This document shows, piece by piece, positions 62,401 through 64,000 of a stretch of 64,000 nt of DNA (the stretch's first letter is position 1; each line of letters starts with the position of its first letter). The notes under the pieces were generated by a model that was given only the letters and a program-made list of their open reading frames with translations, searched no databases and was not told where the DNA came from. This DNA is from Candidatus Krumholzibacteriia bacterium (GTDB lineage Bacteria > Krumholzibacteriota > Krumholzibacteriia > JAJRXK01), in the NCBI GenBank assembly GCA_041484665.1, contig JBGPIA010000001.1, forward strand, positions 384,001 through 448,000, in the 5' to 3' direction. Made by a program: the position numbers and the translations under genes.

Positions 62401-62697
62401 GTCGAGCTCCTGCTTTGCGCAGAAGAGCGAGCCGAGCACGTGCTGCTGCGCCCAGCGCGGATTCTCGACGATGCGCAGCGTTGGGTAGGCCTGGCGGATG
62501 CGCTCGATGGCGTCGCCGCCGACCAGCACGAAGTCGGTCACGCCCGCGCCCTCGCGCAGCGCGTTGAGCACCCAATCCAGAGCGCGCCAGCCGGCCAGCC
62601 CCTCGAGCAGGCACTTCGGAGTGGCCCCACCCGGTTCCAGGTCTACGCCGCGGCCCGCGCCCAGCACGATCGCTTTCAACGCGGTACCCCGCCGCAT
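59479..62697 (-). CDS. Fusion of a LicC/Cj1416-like nucleotidyltransferase and a PPDK-fold Cj1418-like L-glutamine kinase
   Basis: N-terminal 'LGAGRG..PKCL','SYGD','EFIGL','WAEVD'; then 'TKGETL','VRSSA..ED','LQVRP','MPDWNPAEVIG','YGHLRPGSYDI','ADPGYDWIF','GGANSHM..RCAELGLPAAIG'; start may be TTG 62679. Confidence 0.8.
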   Translation of the reverse strand: MRRGTALKAIVLGAGRGVDLEPGGATPKCLLEGLAGWRALDWVLNALREGAGVTDFVLVGGDAIERIRQAYPTLRIVENPRWAQQHVLGSLFCAKQELDGPLILSYGDIVYRPAVAAALRAAAGDIVLAVDTTWRRRNERRGQDRLRNAEKVLVRGGRVARIGKDLPVDGEITGEFIGLARLSADGAAAVRSAYDALRSVYRDRPYRKASNLDNACLSDLLQELIEQGSRIDLVEIGGDWAEVDAPGDLARFVFGTKGETLQRLRPLLQEARVGDGMVVRVGQWQADPAGVTRALTERFGEGALAVRSSALREDAAQASHAGHYRTVLGVAADDADAIRDAVETVVASLDRDGGGEADQILVQPCLQDVVMGGVMMTRDLDTGADYTVVHYDEGSGRTDAVTSGVAAVTRTVLVYRGAVRPRVDARVGCLLRAAGELESITGSDALDVEFAFTADGTLHVLQVRPIAASARWAPVDRQAHGAELAAVRDLVRRRMRPRPGLLGGSTVFGQMPDWNPAEVIGAFPAPLARSLYEALITDRAWRVARTALGYRDAVGHRLMVTLADRPYVDVRCSANTLLPAGLDPACGTRVIDAGLALLRARPQLHDKIEFEVFPTCLDAGYGASAVRLREHGLLESDVAPLRAALRTLTADLLHSWRERVAALLAAVERLAPRCDDLLRHARDPLDHPMALATLLESTVRDGTIPFAALARYAFIATALLRSLRDRGALPAQQLDLYLGGIHTVSAQLLDDLDALRAGRVERGAFLARYGHLRPGSYDILSPRYDQAFDTYFPGLEVPSQGDGSPASASPGDAPTAHAGGAADGRASSAARLGQDALALPARTLAEIDRVLAELELDVPATELLDFARASLGAREHAKFAFTRNLSWALELIAQWGERLGFSREDVALLEVDDILAVAQRSAPAHGADHLARRIADARLHRAVTSRVLLPPLITGEDDLEVVVLPAGRPNFVTGERVQAAAVALDPHGGDPGLDLRGKIAVIEGADPGYDWIFGRGIAGLVTCYGGANSHMTVRCAELGLPAAIGCGEAHYARLVRARGIELDCGAEVVRAL

Positions 62698-63578
62698 CCG
62701 CGACCGTGGGCCGACCTCGTGGGAGGAGTCGCCCCAGGCCCCGTATCAGGGACCGTGCCCGGCGCCAAGGCGGACGTCGGGACCGGCCAGCCCCGCCCAC
62801 CAACCAGACCCTCGGCCACCAGCGCCTCGGCAACCTGCAGGTCGGCGCGGGTGTCGATCTCGGTGCAGCCACCGTCAATGGGAATCGACTGCACGCACTC
62901 GCCGCGTCGGATCAGGCCCATGAGTAGGTCGGTGATGTGCGCCGCCGCGAGGGGGCGTTCACTGCCGAAGGCACGCGGAGCCGGATGGGTGCCGAGCGCG
63001 GCCGCGGCGGCCTCCAGCAGCGCCCGGCGCACGATCTCGCTGCCGGAGCCCGACAGCCGCACCATCCCGACATACTGGCCTTGGATCTCCGCGAGCGAGC
63101 GCGGGCGCCCGCCGATCTCCACGATCCGCCCGCCCTCCCCCAGCCGCAGCGTCTCGGCGTCGGCCAGCGGGTCCGCCATGCGCCGCTGCCACAGCGCGCG
63201 CCACTGCCGGTCGATCACCACGCCAATCTCCGCGCGCGAGGTCAGCGCCTCGTGCACGACCGCGGGCCCGAAGAGCAGATCGGTGTAGGTGATGAGGACA
63301 TCGCCGCGCAGCTCGCTCTGCGCGCAGAGCAGGCTGGCGACCATGCTCGTAGAGGACCAGCGCGGATTGTCGAGAGTCCGGACGTGGGGATCCTGCAACA
63401 GCGCGCGCTTGTAGCCGCGCACCATGACGATGTCGCCAACGCCGCACGCACGCAGCGCGTCGAGCTGCCACGACAACAGCGGCTGCCCGGCGACCTCCAC
63501 CAGGCACTTGGGCCGATCGGCGGTGAGCGGCATGAGCCGCGCGCCGCGCCCGGCCGCCAGCAAGATGGCTCGCACCAC
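62676..63578 (-). CDS. Phosphocholine cytidylyltransferase (LicC/Cj1416-like) family nucleotidyltransferase
   Basis: 'ILLAAGRGARL..LTADRPKCL', 'YTD', 'DAETL', 'GQYVG', 'EIDT..DL'. Confidence 0.88.
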   Translation of the reverse strand: MVRAILLAAGRGARLMPLTADRPKCLVEVAGQPLLSWQLDALRACGVGDIVMVRGYKRALLQDPHVRTLDNPRWSSTSMVASLLCAQSELRGDVLITYTDLLFGPAVVHEALTSRAEIGVVIDRQWRALWQRRMADPLADAETLRLGEGGRIVEIGGRPRSLAEIQGQYVGMVRLSGSGSEIVRRALLEAAAAALGTHPAPRAFGSERPLAAAHITDLLMGLIRRGECVQSIPIDGGCTEIDTRADLQVAEALVAEGLVGGRGWPVPTSALAPGTVPDTGPGATPPTRSAHGRGCGGVPR

Positions 63579-63655
63579 GACCGCAACCTTCCGCCAGGAC
63601 GGCGCCCACCCGAACCGGCGGTTGCCGGCACGGGCCCTCGCATCGGAAGGGTCGG

Positions 63656-63671
63656 GGCAAGGGGGGTGCCA
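63656..63671 (-). promoter_or_regulatory. Sigma54 -24/-12 promoter of the nucleotidyltransferase/kinase operon
   Basis: TGGCAC-CCCCC-TTGC, exact core consensus, ~80 nt upstream of the first gene. Confidence 0.7.
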
Positions 63672-64000
63672 CGCCTTGGACGCTGCAACTGTTTCGCGGC
63701 AGTCAGGTTGCGCGCGCGCAGCTCGGGCGGTCGCGGCTGCCTGGCAGGCTTGTCCGGGCCACAGCGGAAGGAGTTGCCGCGTGCACCGCCCCCTGCGCGC
63801 GGCCGGCGCCGTGCGCCCGCGGCGATCGGGTCTTGGACAGGCTCAGCACGAGCCCGGGTGGCACCTGCGGGGTACGCGGCGCCCCGCCGGGCGCCTGCCG
63901 GATTGACCGCACCAGCCGCGGCGCGTCAGGATCGCGGCGTGAGCCTTCCCACCATCGTCGTCCGCGTGCGCGCCGGCGTACTGCTGCTGTGGGCCGCCTC

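Noticed and set aside
60385..63288. Long antisense or alternative-frame ORFs (e.g. 967 aa here, also 11711-13309, 34908-36521, 21182-22930)
   Set aside because: Shadow ORFs typical of very high GC sequence; they overlap well-supported genes and have no motifs
59479..63578. Phosphonate biosynthesis cluster, since LicC/PntC-like domains are present
   Set aside because: No PEP mutase (EDKxxxxxNS) or phosphonopyruvate decarboxylase in the window; the kinase motifs fit Cj1418
63939..64000. Possible start of a plus-strand membrane or secreted protein gene (GTG, VSLPTIVVRVRAGVLLLWAA)
   Set aside because: Only ~20 codons visible; too little to support a call
1..64000. CRISPR arrays, IS elements, prophage or defence genes
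   Set aside because: No regularly spaced nucleotide repeats and no transposase, integrase, phage or nuclease-type defence motifs were recognised

Overview
Very GC-rich bacterial chromosomal window with about 45 CDS. No rRNA, tRNA, CRISPR array or mobile element was recognised. PorV/PorQ-like and FlgD-Ig/T9SS-CTD-like proteins plus a 'PVExxSFGAMK' C-terminal motif suggest an FCB-related candidate phylum such as Eisenbacteria or Krumholzibacteriota (inference only). Main blocks: (1) 1.5-16.7 kb, a tightly coupled minus-strand operon: ~3000-aa repeat-rich secreted protein, PorV-like barrel fused to TPRs, HAMP-SpoIIE phosphatase, RsbW-like kinase, STAS protein and GAF histidine kinase; (2) 17-33 kb, MBL hydrolase, TPR protein, EndoIII-like protein, NtrY/NtrX-like pair, SDR pseudogene, GT2 fusion, DUF1684, His-less LytS-like kinase, MarR, queF and a beta-barrel OMP; (3) 32.5-56.8 kb, two-subunit fumarate hydratase, glycosyltransferases, NlpC/P60, tpx, NUDIX and many peptidases, with a candidate sigma54-driven small RNA at ~40.6 kb; (4) 56.9-63.7 kb, an operon behind a sigma54 motif with a Cj1418-like glutamine kinase fused to a cytidylyltransferase, a second cytidylyltransferase, a formyltransferase-like protein and a TagF-like transferase, suggesting a variant phosphoramidate surface-glycan pathway. 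All calls come from motif recognition by eye; no searches were run.
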